Shown here one piece after another: positions 1 to 7,358 of a stretch of 33,256 nt of DNA. A program made the position numbers and the translations under genes. Below the pieces are notes generated by a model. That model searched no databases. It was not told where the DNA came from and worked only from the letters and a program-made list of their open reading frames with translations. The first letter of the stretch is position 1. Every line of letters begins with the position of its first letter. This stretch comes from a virus. The DNA lies in IMG/VR virus record IMGVR_UViG_3300045988_130193, positions 1 to 33,256 of that record. One strand, given 5' to 3'.

Positions 1-119
1 TCTTTTTTTAATAAAGGTTTTACTGCCTCTAAAATGTCCTCGCAACTTCTGTAAGCATATTTACCGAAATCATTGTATTGTCCTTTTGGTGCTTTTAATT
101 CTTGCTGAATATTCATTAA
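1..119. repeat. Terminal overlap, identical to 33138..33256 (circular-contig closure)
   Basis: Base-by-base comparison: 1..119 equals 33138..33256. It carries the 5' end of the erf gene. Confidence 0.9.
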
Positions 120-163
120 TTTAATATTTATTTCTTTCATTTTCTTTGTTCTCCTTTTCTTTT

Positions 164-466
164 TTATTTGTGCGATTTACTTGATAAAAATGTAATTTTT
201 TCAGCATGGACTTCTAAATCTTTATCTTTTAATCTTTGCAAATTTCCTCTTACACCTATCGTATCGCCTTGTTCGCAATATTCAACGCAACTTTCAGCAA
301 CTTTATTAATTAACACAACATCTATAAAATCTGTATCATATTCTCCATTTATATTTTTATAACTTCTTGGTGTTGCTAAAGTGACTTTTGAATATACTTT
401 ATCTCCTCTTTCTTCTAATATAGGCTTATTAGTCAATCTTCCAACTAATATAACTTGATTTAACAT
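164..466 (-). CDS. ssb: Single-stranded DNA-binding protein (OB fold)
   Basis: N-terminus MLNQVILVGRLTNKP... and GDTIGVRGNL are typical SSB OB-fold motifs. It sits in the replication module and has a GGAG RBS. Confidence 0.85.
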   Translation of the reverse strand: MLNQVILVGRLTNKPILEERGDKVYSKVTLATPRSYKNINGEYDTDFIDVVLINKVAESCVEYCEQGDTIGVRGNLQRLKDKDLEVHAEKITFLSSKSHK

Positions 467-496
467 TTTCTTTTATCTCCTTTCATTTTCTTCTTA

Positions 497-525
497 ATTA
501 TACACCCTATTTTAATTTTTGTCAA
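497..525 (-). promoter_or_regulatory. Consensus sigma-A-type promoter upstream of ssb
   Basis: Minus strand reads TTGACA (525..520), a 17-nt spacer, then TGtTATAAT (-10 at 502..497). This is a perfect -35/-10 with an extended TG. Confidence 0.7.
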
Positions 526-540
526 TTGTGTTTTACATTT

Positions 541-1308
541 TTATTTAAAATCTTTTAATAATTCTTCCATTTCATTGTTTTCATTAGTTTCTACTTCTTC
601 TTTTTTTATATCAGCATCAAACCATTCGGGCTTATGCTCTATTTTTTTATTTCTTATTTTAAATTTTTTTTCATCTTCTTGTGCTTGTTGCACTGTTGTT
701 ATGGAATTATTTTTATAATTAACCAATATTGTATTTATATATTTTACATTATATTTTCCATTTAATACCGCTTGTTTAATTGCGTATCTAGTAAGTTCAT
801 TATCATTCCATTCTTTTATCATTTCAATTTCAATACCATTTAATGTTCTCCCAAAGTTTTGTTCTAAGAAATCATATATATTATTATTATTATTTATATT
901 ATTATATATTATATTATTATTTTTATCATTTTCTAAATACCCCCCTTTAGAATATTTAATACCCCCCTCATCATTTTCTAAATACCCCCTATTTAATTTT
1001 CTAAATACCTTTACTGGATATGGTGGACTTTGTATTTTTAATATTCTTCCCAATATTTGATTATCTTCTTTAATATATTCCGCATTTAAATATCCTTTAT
1101 CTATTAATTCATTAATTACTTGTGATACTCTTCCACTACTTATACCAAAGAATTCACTAAAATATTTATTACTAGCATAACAACCTTTTTCATTATCAAG
1201 ACTATCAATCTCTACTAGCATTACCTTTTGTTGAAGTGTTAATTCTTTGCTTTCCCATACCTCTTTTGGTATCCATATTCCTTTGAATGCTCTCTTATTA
1301 TCTTCCAC
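541..1308 (-). CDS. Replisome organizer / replication initiator (N-terminal wHTH plus C-terminal DnaD-like domain)
   Basis: HTH-like FGISSGRVSQVINELIDKGYL. C-terminal IYDFLEQNFGRTLNGIEIEMIKEWNDN...AIKQAVLNGKYNVKYINTIL matches the DnaD/DnaB_2 repeat pattern. GTG start with a GAGGTG RBS. Confidence 0.7.
   Translation of the reverse strand: MEDNKRAFKGIWIPKEVWESKELTLQQKVMLVEIDSLDNEKGCYASNKYFSEFFGISSGRVSQVINELIDKGYLNAEYIKEDNQILGRILKIQSPPYPVKVFRKLNRGYLENDEGGIKYSKGGYLENDKNNNIIYNNINNNNNIYDFLEQNFGRTLNGIEIEMIKEWNDNELTRYAIKQAVLNGKYNVKYINTILVNYKNNSITTVQQAQEDEKKFKIRNKKIEHKPEWFDADIKKEEVETNENNEMEELLKDFK
926..1010. repeat. Iteron-like direct repeats inside the organizer gene (candidate ori)
   Basis: The 14-mer attttctaaatacc occurs at 928..941, 973..986 and 996..1009 (spacing 45 and 23 bp). 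A degenerate copy lies at about 951..967. Copies 1 and 2 extend to tcattttctaaataccccc. Confidence 0.6.
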
Positions 1309-1331
1309 TTTACACCTCTTTCTAGGCTATG

Positions 1332-1398
1332 AAAAAAAGACTTGACGATAGGTAGGTTTATAAGGTGCAAGGACCTACCCATCATCAAATCTTTTTTT
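1332..1398 (-). terminator. Long hairpin plus U-run: intrinsic terminator / attenuator in the leader of the organizer gene
   Basis: A 26-bp stem (1332..1357 with 1373..1398). Its three non-Watson-Crick positions are G.U only in the minus-strand RNA. The stem is followed by U7 on the minus strand. Confidence 0.65.
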
Positions 1399-1413
1399 CT
1401 TGCACCTATATTA

Positions 1414-1448
1414 ATTATATATTATTTTTTTAAATAAATCAATATCAA
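1414..1448 (-). promoter_or_regulatory. Candidate promoter for the organizer gene
   Basis: Minus strand reads TTGATT (1442..1437), 17 nt, TATAAT (1419..1414). An overlapping alternative is TTGATA (1448..1443), 18 nt, TAATAT. Confidence 0.5.
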
Positions 1449-1569
1449 TTATTAAATTCTTCAAATTTTATACTTTCTAATTTCTTTTTTAGAGCATTAA
1501 TTTTATTTTCTGTACTTGTATAAGCATTTTTAAACCTTTTTAACGAGCATTCTTTATCTGCTAGTCTAT

Positions 1570-1914
1570 TTAACTATCTTTGCAGAAACGAGTTCCTAGA
1601 GCCTCAAAATAAGCCATAGCGGGCGCCTTTCCATCTCTTTCGGTATTCCAATTCTTTCTTTCTTCGGTTGTTTTTATTGCTCTGTCTATCTCTATTTGTG
1701 TTTTTAATTCTATTATGTCTTTAGTAAGCCTTGCTATTACTTCTCCTATTATGTAATTAAGATTAGAATAAACTTCTATATTATGAGCATATAAATACAT
1801 TGAATTAGGTTCATCTACAATCTTTTTAAATACTTCTTGATACATACTAGCAAGTTCTTTTTCACTTATGTTTTTTATATTAAAAGGGTTAAATAAGAAT
1901 AATTTTTCTTCCAT
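1570..1914 (-). CDS. Hypothetical protein
   Basis: 114-aa ORF with a GGAGG RBS. Its start is coupled (TAATG) to the upstream RHH gene. No motif recognised. Confidence 0.6.
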   Translation of the reverse strand: MEEKLFLFNPFNIKNISEKELASMYQEVFKKIVDEPNSMYLYAHNIEVYSNLNYIIGEVIARLTKDIIELKTQIEIDRAIKTTEERKNWNTERDGKAPAMAYFEALGTRFCKDS

Positions 1915-2072
1915 TATTTTCCTCCTTTTATTTTTTGCACTTTTTCAAGCATAGCCATTACTAAGAACGATGTCTTACTTTGTCCTGTTAATTTTGTTGC
2001 TTTTTCTAATTCATTAAACTCCCATTCAGAAAGCCTAATATTTAATACTTTTGTTTTTGTTTTCTTTCTCAT
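1914..2072 (-). CDS. Ribbon-helix-helix (CopG/Arc-like) DNA-binding protein, 52 aa (not in ORF track)
   Basis: Hand translation gives MRKKTKTKVLNIRLSEWEFNELEKATKLTGQSKTSFLVMAMLEKVQKIKGGK, a beta-strand/helix/helix RHH pattern. It has a GGAG RBS, and its stop overlaps the next ATG (TAATG). Confidence 0.6.
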   Translation of the reverse strand: MRKKTKTKVLNIRLSEWEFNELEKATKLTGQSKTSFLVMAMLEKVQKIKGGK

Positions 2073-2080
2073 ATTATCTC

Positions 2081-2287
2081 CTATCTACAATATTTGTTAT
2101 ATAATTCACAATATTGATTTTTATATTCTTTTAAATCTTCAATTTCTTCTTGTTGTTTTTCTATTTCTGCATAATAATCTTCTAATTTACTAACTAATTC
2201 CTCAACAGATACTAAATCTTGATTTTTAAATATATCATTTAATACGCCACTATTAATATCTTTTAAATTAATATAGACTTCGTTCAT
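2081..2287 (-). CDS. Hypothetical coiled-coil protein
   Basis: 68-aa ORF, start/stop-coupled with its neighbours. Confidence 0.5.
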   Translation of the reverse strand: MNEVYINLKDINSGVLNDIFKNQDLVSVEELVSKLEDYYAEIEKQQEEIEDLKEYKNQYCELYNKYCR

Positions 2288-2550
2288 TATCTAAACCTCC
2301 TTTTCTTTCTTGTTATTTCTTCTCTTTTTAATCTATCACACTCTTCTTTGCTTCTTACTTTAACAAACATATCATTAGGTAAAGTACAACCATATTTCTT
2401 TATTTGATATTTTTCTATTTCTATTATTAATTCTTCTAAATATTTGAAATTTCCATGTTCTTTTTTAAAGTTCTTTCTAAATGTATCTCTATTTGGTAAA
2501 CATTTATCTTTATACAAATTAAAGTAAAAGTTCAATTTAAATTCTTCCAT
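2287..2550 (-). CDS. Hypothetical basic protein
   Basis: 87-aa ORF with ATGA/TAATG coupling on both sides. Confidence 0.5.
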   Translation of the reverse strand: MEEFKLNFYFNLYKDKCLPNRDTFRKNFKKEHGNFKYLEELIIEIEKYQIKKYGCTLPNDMFVKVRSKEECDRLKREEITRKKRRFR

Positions 2551-2939
2551 TATTTCCCTCCTAATTCTTTATAATATTTTGTAACACCACTAACCCAATA
2601 TTTATTATCGCCATTATCGTTAATTCCAATAGGGCAATATTTATGTTGTATTAATTCAATAGTATCAAGTCCCATATCAATGTAGTTATTCTTTAAATTA
2701 CTTATAAAGAAATCAATTCCTTTATCTAAATCTTCAAATACCATTAATGAGCCATTTCTAAAATTACCACCTACATTGTTTTTTTCTTTAAATGCTACTG
2801 ATGTATATTTGCCTGTTTCGTGCATTGATATAGCAACTGCTAATCTCCAATCAACACCATAACTATCTGCTACTTCCTTGATTTTGCAAGATACTTCATC
2901 TAAAGTACACTCACTCGATAATTCTTCTATTTTTTCCAA
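2550..2939 (-). CDS. Peptidoglycan hydrolase-like domain (glucosaminidase/lysozyme-like); probably the C-terminal part of a frameshifted gene
   Basis: AVAISMHETGKYTSVAFKEKNNVGGNF...FEDLDKGIDFFISNLKNNY resembles the glucosaminidase (FlgJ-type) motif ..ESGwG.S.la...NN.FG. The only start is a TTG without an RBS, and the frame stays open upstream to the A8 tract. Confidence 0.45.
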   Translation of the reverse strand: MEKIEELSSECTLDEVSCKIKEVADSYGVDWRLAVAISMHETGKYTSVAFKEKNNVGGNFRNGSLMVFEDLDKGIDFFISNLKNNYIDMGLDTIELIQHKYCPIGINDNGDNKYWVSGVTKYYKELGGK

Positions 2940-3195
2940 ACTCTCTAATTCGGCATTTTTTTTGCGTTTTAAGAGACTTTTCTTCTTCTTGGTCTATTTG
3001 TATTACTTCTTTACTTTCGTTTGTTTCTGCTTTAGCAATTAAGTCTGAGCATATAAATAAGTTACTATATACAAGCCCACACATAAAACCTATGAAAAAT
3101 ATTATCAAAAACTTTTTAGCCTTAACCCAAGCCTTGTTTATTTCTTTTTTTCTTTTATAACCTTTTCTAGTCATTACCTCTTTATTCTTTTTCAT
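2911..3195 (-). CDS. Membrane-anchored protein (single TM), probable N-terminal part of the hydrolase gene
   Basis: Basic N-terminus followed by a TM helix (FLIIFFIGFMCGLVYSNLFI). The 3' end overlaps the next ORF by 29 nt, just after an A8 run. Confidence 0.5.
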   Translation of the reverse strand: MKKNKEVMTRKGYKRKKEINKAWVKAKKFLIIFFIGFMCGLVYSNLFICSDLIAKAETNESKEVIQIDQEEEKSLKTQKKCRIREFGKNRRIIE

Positions 3196-3213
3196 CTTTA
3201 TTCTCCCTTTCTT

Positions 3214-3420
3214 CTATTTAAATTTCTTCTTAAAGTAATTATAATTTAAAGTAAACACTTCAATTGCTAATACTAATATAAATACTCCAAACCATGTCAA
3301 TGTCGTTAATTCCTTACTTATAAATGGATATACAAGTATCATATACATATATTTAAGTATAATTCCAGCACTTGCAAATAGTCCTAATGCATTACCTAAT
3401 GGTACGATTATCTTTTTCAT
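3214..3420 (-). CDS. Small membrane protein (2 TM)
   Basis: 68 aa with two hydrophobic helices and an RBS. Confidence 0.55.
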   Translation of the reverse strand: MKKIIVPLGNALGLFASAGIILKYMYMILVYPFISKELTTLTWFGVFILVLAIEVFTLNYNYFKKKFK

Positions 3421-3506
3421 TATATTCTTTCTCCTTTCTTAATTCCATAATATTCATATAAGTCTCTATCTAGATTGTCTTTTAACCACTTAATCATCTT
3501 TTTCAT
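3420..3506 (-). CDS. Tiny ORF, 28 aa (not in track)
   Basis: MKKMIKWLKDNLDRDLYEYYGIKKGERI. GGAGG RBS at 7 nt. TAATG coupling at both ends. Confidence 0.4.
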   Translation of the reverse strand: MKKMIKWLKDNLDRDLYEYYGIKKGERI

Positions 3507-3742
3507 TATTTTTCCTCCATTACTATTACTTCTATCTTTTTGCCTTTTTCGAACCATACAACTGGATATATATATTTATCATTTACCGAATGTATTGATT
3601 TCCTTAAACTTTTGAAATCAAATATTCTATTTAATGTTTTTTTGCTTACTTTTACTACTTGATATTTATTTCCTCTTTTGCTAACTAATTCTTCTTTTTT
3701 TGCATTTTTTAAATATTCTTTAATTTCTTTTAATGTTCTCAT
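3506..3742 (-). CDS. Hypothetical protein
   Basis: 78-aa ORF, translationally coupled. Confidence 0.5.
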   Translation of the reverse strand: MRTLKEIKEYLKNAKKEELVSKRGNKYQVVKVSKKTLNRIFDFKSLRKSIHSVNDKYIYPVVWFEKGKKIEVIVMEEK

Positions 3743-3894
3743 TATAATTCGCCTCCTATCATTAAAATATACTTAGGTGTATATTCTTTACCAGTTATCT
3801 TATTATAAACGAATACTATTTCATTACCACTTAACACTGGTATATAACCTTTTTTATTTACTAATTTTTCAACCTTTTTTATTTCTCTTTTCAT
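3742..3894 (-). CDS. Small ORF, 50 aa (not in track)
   Basis: MKREIKKVEKLVNKKGYIPVLSGNEIVFVYNKITGKEYTPKYILMIGGEL. GGAGG RBS. TAATG coupling at both ends. Confidence 0.5.
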   Translation of the reverse strand: MKREIKKVEKLVNKKGYIPVLSGNEIVFVYNKITGKEYTPKYILMIGGEL

Positions 3895-4139
3895 TATTGT
3901 TCCTCCTTTATAATTTCCCATCCATTTCTAAAATCAATATTTATTTTTCTTTCTTTAAAAACTTGTTTTATTTTATTCATGTTGTTTTGGAATGTTTCCA
4001 TGTTATAATTTATACATTTATCATTTCTATTGTATTTATAAATATCAAACCATTTATTATAATTTTGTTGATTATAATTAAGTTTTTCAATTAAAACCTC
4101 ATTATTTTCATTTCTTAAATTTTTTAAATATTCTTTCAT
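3894..4139 (-). CDS. Hypothetical protein (start trimmed to MKEYLKNL...)
   Basis: The track ORF starts at 4193, inside the promoter. The ATG at 4139 is preceded by AGGAGG. Confidence 0.55.
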   Translation of the reverse strand: MKEYLKNLRNENNEVLIEKLNYNQQNYNKWFDIYKYNRNDKCINYNMETFQNNMNKIKQVFKERKINIDFRNGWEIIKEEQ

Positions 4140-4170
4140 TTTTTGTCCTCCTTGTCTCATTGACAATATA

Positions 4171-4200
4171 ATTGTACCATAATGTATGTACATTTGTCAA
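4171..4200 (-). promoter_or_regulatory. Promoter of the early/accessory operon, just after the late terminator
   Basis: Minus strand reads TTGACA (4200..4195), 18 nt, TACAAT (4176..4171). The -10 is flanked by the inverted heptamers TTGACAA/TTGTCAA (4194..4200 and 4160..4166). Confidence 0.6.
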
Positions 4201-4261
4201 TACATTAAATGAAATTTATTTAGTTTTTTTACATTTTTTTCGCAAAACCTTATAAAATAAA

Positions 4262-4290
4262 GAAAAAAAGAGTTAATTTTTTTTAACTCT
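4262..4290 (-). terminator. Intrinsic terminator after the endolysin gene
   Basis: Minus-strand RNA has the stem agaguuaa/uuaacucu (4290..4283 with 4276..4269) followed by a U-run (4268..4262). The stem is AT-rich and therefore weak. Confidence 0.55.
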
Positions 4291-4309
4291 CTTTAATATT
4301 TCTGATTAT

Positions 4310-5221
4310 TTATTCAATTGTTATTTGAAATTTAGTAGCACTAACTCCATACACCCCAGCGTAGCCATCCTGTCCATTAGTCTTTTCATTATCATGTTGA
4401 TAAGGGTAATTATTAACTTTATATTTTGCTTTTTTGTATGGTCTAATATTATTTGGTGTGTAGTAATAGCATTCTACACAATCAATAACATTTACTCCAT
4501 CACCAGCAAAACCATTATTAAAGTCATTAATGTCACATCCAGTAACAAATGGCAACCAGCCTTTTCCTTTAATATGAACTCTATATTTAATAGAACCTTT
4601 ATCTACTCTAATAGCAAGTCCAGTTATAGGGCTATTCTCCCAACCGGCATAATTCTCTAGATTTTTAACTTCTGAAAGCCAGCCATGTTTTTGAGTTTTA
4701 ACTCTGTAATAAACATTAACTTCATTTGAAACAGGTTTATCTTCTAATTTAGCCCTTATCATATTTAAGAACCTATCCCAACCTTTATCCATTGTTCTAT
4801 GAGGGCAATATTTTTTATCAGGTGCATAATCATAATGTCTTTTTACTACTGATATATCCCAACCATATTTTTTAAGTAAATCTGCTATTAATTCTGCTGC
4901 ATTTTCTTCTGCTTTGTCAAATCTTTCTCCACCAGATTTAGAATAACATATTTCTATTGCTATAGTTGTTCTGTTTCCTGGACCATTTCCATCAGATGCA
5001 TGCCAACCATTCCTATCAAGTGGAAGTCCTTGCACTGCTTCTTTGTCATCAACAGCATAGTGGAAAGATGTTTCATAGTCATTATTTGTCATATATGCTA
5101 TTTCATTTCTTGCACTTGCATCATTAGCAGTATTATGTACTGTTATTCCTTTTGGTGTCATTTCATAAGGACATTTTATTCCCCATTTGCTTTCTGGTAC
5201 TAATTTTTTTATTATTTCCAT
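4310..5221 (-). CDS. Endolysin: N-acetylmuramoyl-L-alanine amidase (Amidase_2/PGRP fold) with a C-terminal cell-wall-binding domain
   Basis: GITVHNTAN...SFHYAVDD...AIEICY...VKRHYD...KYCPH are the Amidase_2 zinc and catalytic motifs. It is the last gene of the late operon, directly after the holin. Confidence 0.9.
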   Translation of the reverse strand: MEIIKKLVPESKWGIKCPYEMTPKGITVHNTANDASARNEIAYMTNNDYETSFHYAVDDKEAVQGLPLDRNGWHASDGNGPGNRTTIAIEICYSKSGGERFDKAEENAAELIADLLKKYGWDISVVKRHYDYAPDKKYCPHRTMDKGWDRFLNMIRAKLEDKPVSNEVNVYYRVKTQKHGWLSEVKNLENYAGWENSPITGLAIRVDKGSIKYRVHIKGKGWLPFVTGCDINDFNNGFAGDGVNVIDCVECYYYTPNNIRPYKKAKYKVNNYPYQHDNEKTNGQDGYAGVYGVSATKFQITIE

Positions 5222-5226
5222 ATTAT

Positions 5227-5418
5227 CTACTCTCCTTTTTTATTTAACATATTTATTATTAAATTCATTACAGCACTTATACCACCAGCAACAGCACCTA
5301 TTAATAAAGATTTAACTACCTGCATATTGCTGAAATCACTATTTGGTAAAGTTACTGCTAAAGCACCTAAGAAACCTTGAATAAAGGTTTTTCCTGCTCT
5401 TATCAAAATATCTTTCAT
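5227..5418 (-). CDS. Holin
   Basis: 63 aa with two TM helices. The N-terminus RAGKTFIQGFLGAL is typical of small Gram-positive phage holins. It lies immediately upstream of the amidase. Confidence 0.65.
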   Translation of the reverse strand: MKDILIRAGKTFIQGFLGALAVTLPNSDFSNMQVVKSLLIGAVAGGISAVMNLIINMLNKKGE

Positions 5419-5419
5419 A

Positions 5420-5626
5420 TTAACACCTCTCTTTCAATTCTTTAATATCTTCTTTTATATACTTAATATCATCTTCTAGGTGATATGTTCTTTCTATTAC
5501 CGTGTTGTGTTTATCTACCTTTTTTTCTAATTGCTCTATTCTATATTTGATTAATTTAATTCCAGTAAGTGAACCTATACAAGTTCCCAAAAAAGATAAC
5601 ACTGCTACTATTATACTTCCTATCAT
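5420..5626 (-). CDS. Membrane-anchored coiled-coil protein of the lysis cassette (XhlA-like?)
   Basis: N-terminal TM helix followed by the coiled coil RIEQLEKKVDKHNTVIERT, which is reminiscent of XhlA. However, the TM helix is at the opposite end to XhlA. Confidence 0.4.
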   Translation of the reverse strand: MIGSIIVAVLSFLGTCIGSLTGIKLIKYRIEQLEKKVDKHNTVIERTYHLEDDIKYIKEDIKELKERC

Positions 5627-5638
5627 ATTTCCTCCTTT

Positions 5639-5848
5639 TTATTTTCCTTTATCCATATCTTCTTCAACATATAATTCATTTAACTTACTATCTTCAAAGT
5701 TATCTGCTAAAAAGATAATTGAAGCATAATAAGGTTTATGTTCTTCTTCTGTTTCAGTAGCAGGTGTATAAACATCATTAATATCTCTTATTTGTTTGTT
5801 TTCATCTGCTATTAATATTTTCTTTTCACCATATTTTCTTATTTCCAT
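5639..5848 (-). CDS. Hypothetical acidic protein
   Basis: 69-aa ORF with an RBS. Confidence 0.5.
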   Translation of the reverse strand: MEIRKYGEKKILIADENKQIRDINDVYTPATETEEEHKPYYASIIFLADNFEDSKLNELYVEEDMDKGK

Positions 5849-5858
5849 GATACACCTC

Positions 5859-7019
5859 CTAACTTACTGTCCATCCTTTTTCGGTAGCCGATGATAATGC
5901 TTGTTGTCCTTCTTCTGACTTTAACTTTGCTAAATTAGTGCTTCCAAGTACAACTTTTTGAGATTGGCAACCTTTTGTCTTTATATCATATAAACTATTT
6001 AATATATTTATTATAGATGCCACTGTCAATTTTGAACAAGATGACAATGTTAAAGTATATGTATAATTATTTGCTGTTGATGTAGTTAAATATGCTTTGC
6101 CTAAATTCGGGAAACCACTACTATGCATTAGATTAGTCACACTAACAAATGTTCTATATAAAGATGTCGCACTACTCATATCAAGTAATGGGAGAGATTT
6201 TAAAGTAGAGCATGCAAAAAATGTGCTTTCAAAGGTTTTAACTTTTGAGGTGTCAATAGCAGGTATATTTTGCAAACTTCTGCAATCCTCAAACATACTT
6301 GTCATATTAGTTACTTTACTAGTATTTAATGGTGGTATAGTTTGCAAATTTGTGCATCCCTTAAACATACTTGTCATAGTTGTAACATTTGATGTATCAA
6401 TAAAGGGTATTGCTTGTAACGAATTGCAATTAGCAAACATTTTACTCATGTCGGCAACACCACTAGTGTCTAATAATGGTATAGTGGTAATTGCAGTACA
6501 ATATTGAAACATACTAGCGCAACTATCGCCAGACATTGTTATTGTATCTGGTATCTTTTTTATAATAGCATTAACACCATTTGTATATTGAGTATTTGTA
6601 GCACCCGCTATAGTTGGTTTGAAATAATCATTTATATCAACACCACTTGTTTCAACATTTACTTCACTATAGCCATCTAATTCATCATCAGATGCTTTAT
6701 ACACTCCATTTGAAGTAATGTTTTTGGTACCTAATTTCAACACTGGTATATTTACATTAGCAGTTTCTTTTTCTCTTACATTATAAATACCATTTTTAGT
6801 AATTTCTATATTCCCTGTAGGTATTATGTATTCATCAGGTATTTTATCTACTGTTACTTTAGATAAACCATCATAGTTTTTATCTGGTACTATTTCTTGC
6901 TTTTCTTTTGTAGGGATGACTTCTTTTTCTTGCATATTTGCCATAACTATTGGTGGAAATGAAAAGTTAGTTTTCAATTTAAACAAAATCGGTTTTTTTA
7001 TTAATTTTAACCTAAACAT
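5859..7019 (-). CDS. Tail fibre / receptor-binding protein with BspA-type (DUF285) leucine-rich repeats
   Basis: About 6 tandem repeats of the form DTSxVTxMxxMFxxCxxLqxIP. The N-terminus has 'NG.Y.V..y..v.VnV' fibre repeats. AAGGAGG RBS 9 nt before the ATG at 7019. Confidence 0.65.
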   Translation of the reverse strand: MFRLKLIKKPILFKLKTNFSFPPIVMANMQEKEVIPTKEKQEIVPDKNYDGLSKVTVDKIPDEYIIPTGNIEITKNGIYNVREKETANVNIPVLKLGTKNITSNGVYKASDDELDGYSEVNVETSGVDINDYFKPTIAGATNTQYTNGVNAIIKKIPDTITMSGDSCASMFQYCTAITTIPLLDTSGVADMSKMFANCNSLQAIPFIDTSNVTTMTSMFKGCTNLQTIPPLNTSKVTNMTSMFEDCRSLQNIPAIDTSKVKTFESTFFACSTLKSLPLLDMSSATSLYRTFVSVTNLMHSSGFPNLGKAYLTTSTANNYTYTLTLSSCSKLTVASIINILNSLYDIKTKGCQSQKVVLGSTNLAKLKSEEGQQALSSATEKGWTVS

Positions 7020-7332
7020 CTAAAGGTTCCTCCTTTAAACTATCATACCAATATTCATCAATTATATAAGTGCCTCCTATTGTTTTCTTGTCTCCTTTAA
7101 ATAATACTCTTGCATCCATTTTTATTTTGCTATCAAAATTAAAGGTTTCTTCTTCTGTTAGCCATACTTTAAACACACCATTTTGATATGTTACTTCTTC
7201 GCCGGTTCCATCATATATTTTTGTTAAATTACCAATATTAAACTGCACTTTTAATACTGCTTTAATATCTAATTTATTATTTTCATTATCAACTATTTCA
7301 AATTCTAAATAAAACTGATTTCCTTGTTTCAT
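7012..7332 (-). CDS. Small beta-rich tail-associated protein
   Basis: 106-aa ORF in the fibre cluster. No specific motif recognised. Confidence 0.5.
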   Translation of the reverse strand: MKQGNQFYLEFEIVDNENNKLDIKAVLKVQFNIGNLTKIYDGTGEEVTYQNGVFKVWLTEEETFNFDSKIKMDARVLFKGDKKTIGGTYIIDEYWYDSLKEEPLDV

Positions 7333-7358
7333 TTATTCTACCTCCTTTTATTTTACAT

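Noticed and set aside
1-119. The 119-nt terminal repeat as a biological direct terminal repeat
   Set aside because: The repeat cuts through the erf coding sequence, and its length equals a typical assembler k-mer. It is more simply explained as the closure overlap of a circular contig. This cannot be excluded without read data.
1441-1565. An open frame of about 40 codons (..DKECSLKRFKNAYTSTENKINALKKKLESIKFEEFNN) in the 260-bp gap after 1570..1914
   Set aside because: It has no ATG/GTG/TTG start and no RBS, and it follows stops in all relevant frames. It is probably a decayed remnant or a chance frame in AT-rich DNA.
4140-4193. N-terminal extensions proposed by the ORF track (4193, 15617, 20473, 22636, 23272, 25114, 26890)
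   Set aside because: Several use GTG/TTG codons, and all lack an RBS. They overlap promoters, terminators or upstream genes. In each case a downstream ATG has a GGAGG-type RBS.
6001-6029. An internal TTGACA-17-TATATT promoter-like match inside the LRR fibre gene
   Set aside because: -10-like hexamers are abundant by chance in this AT-rich genome. The match has no supporting leader, terminator or repeat context.
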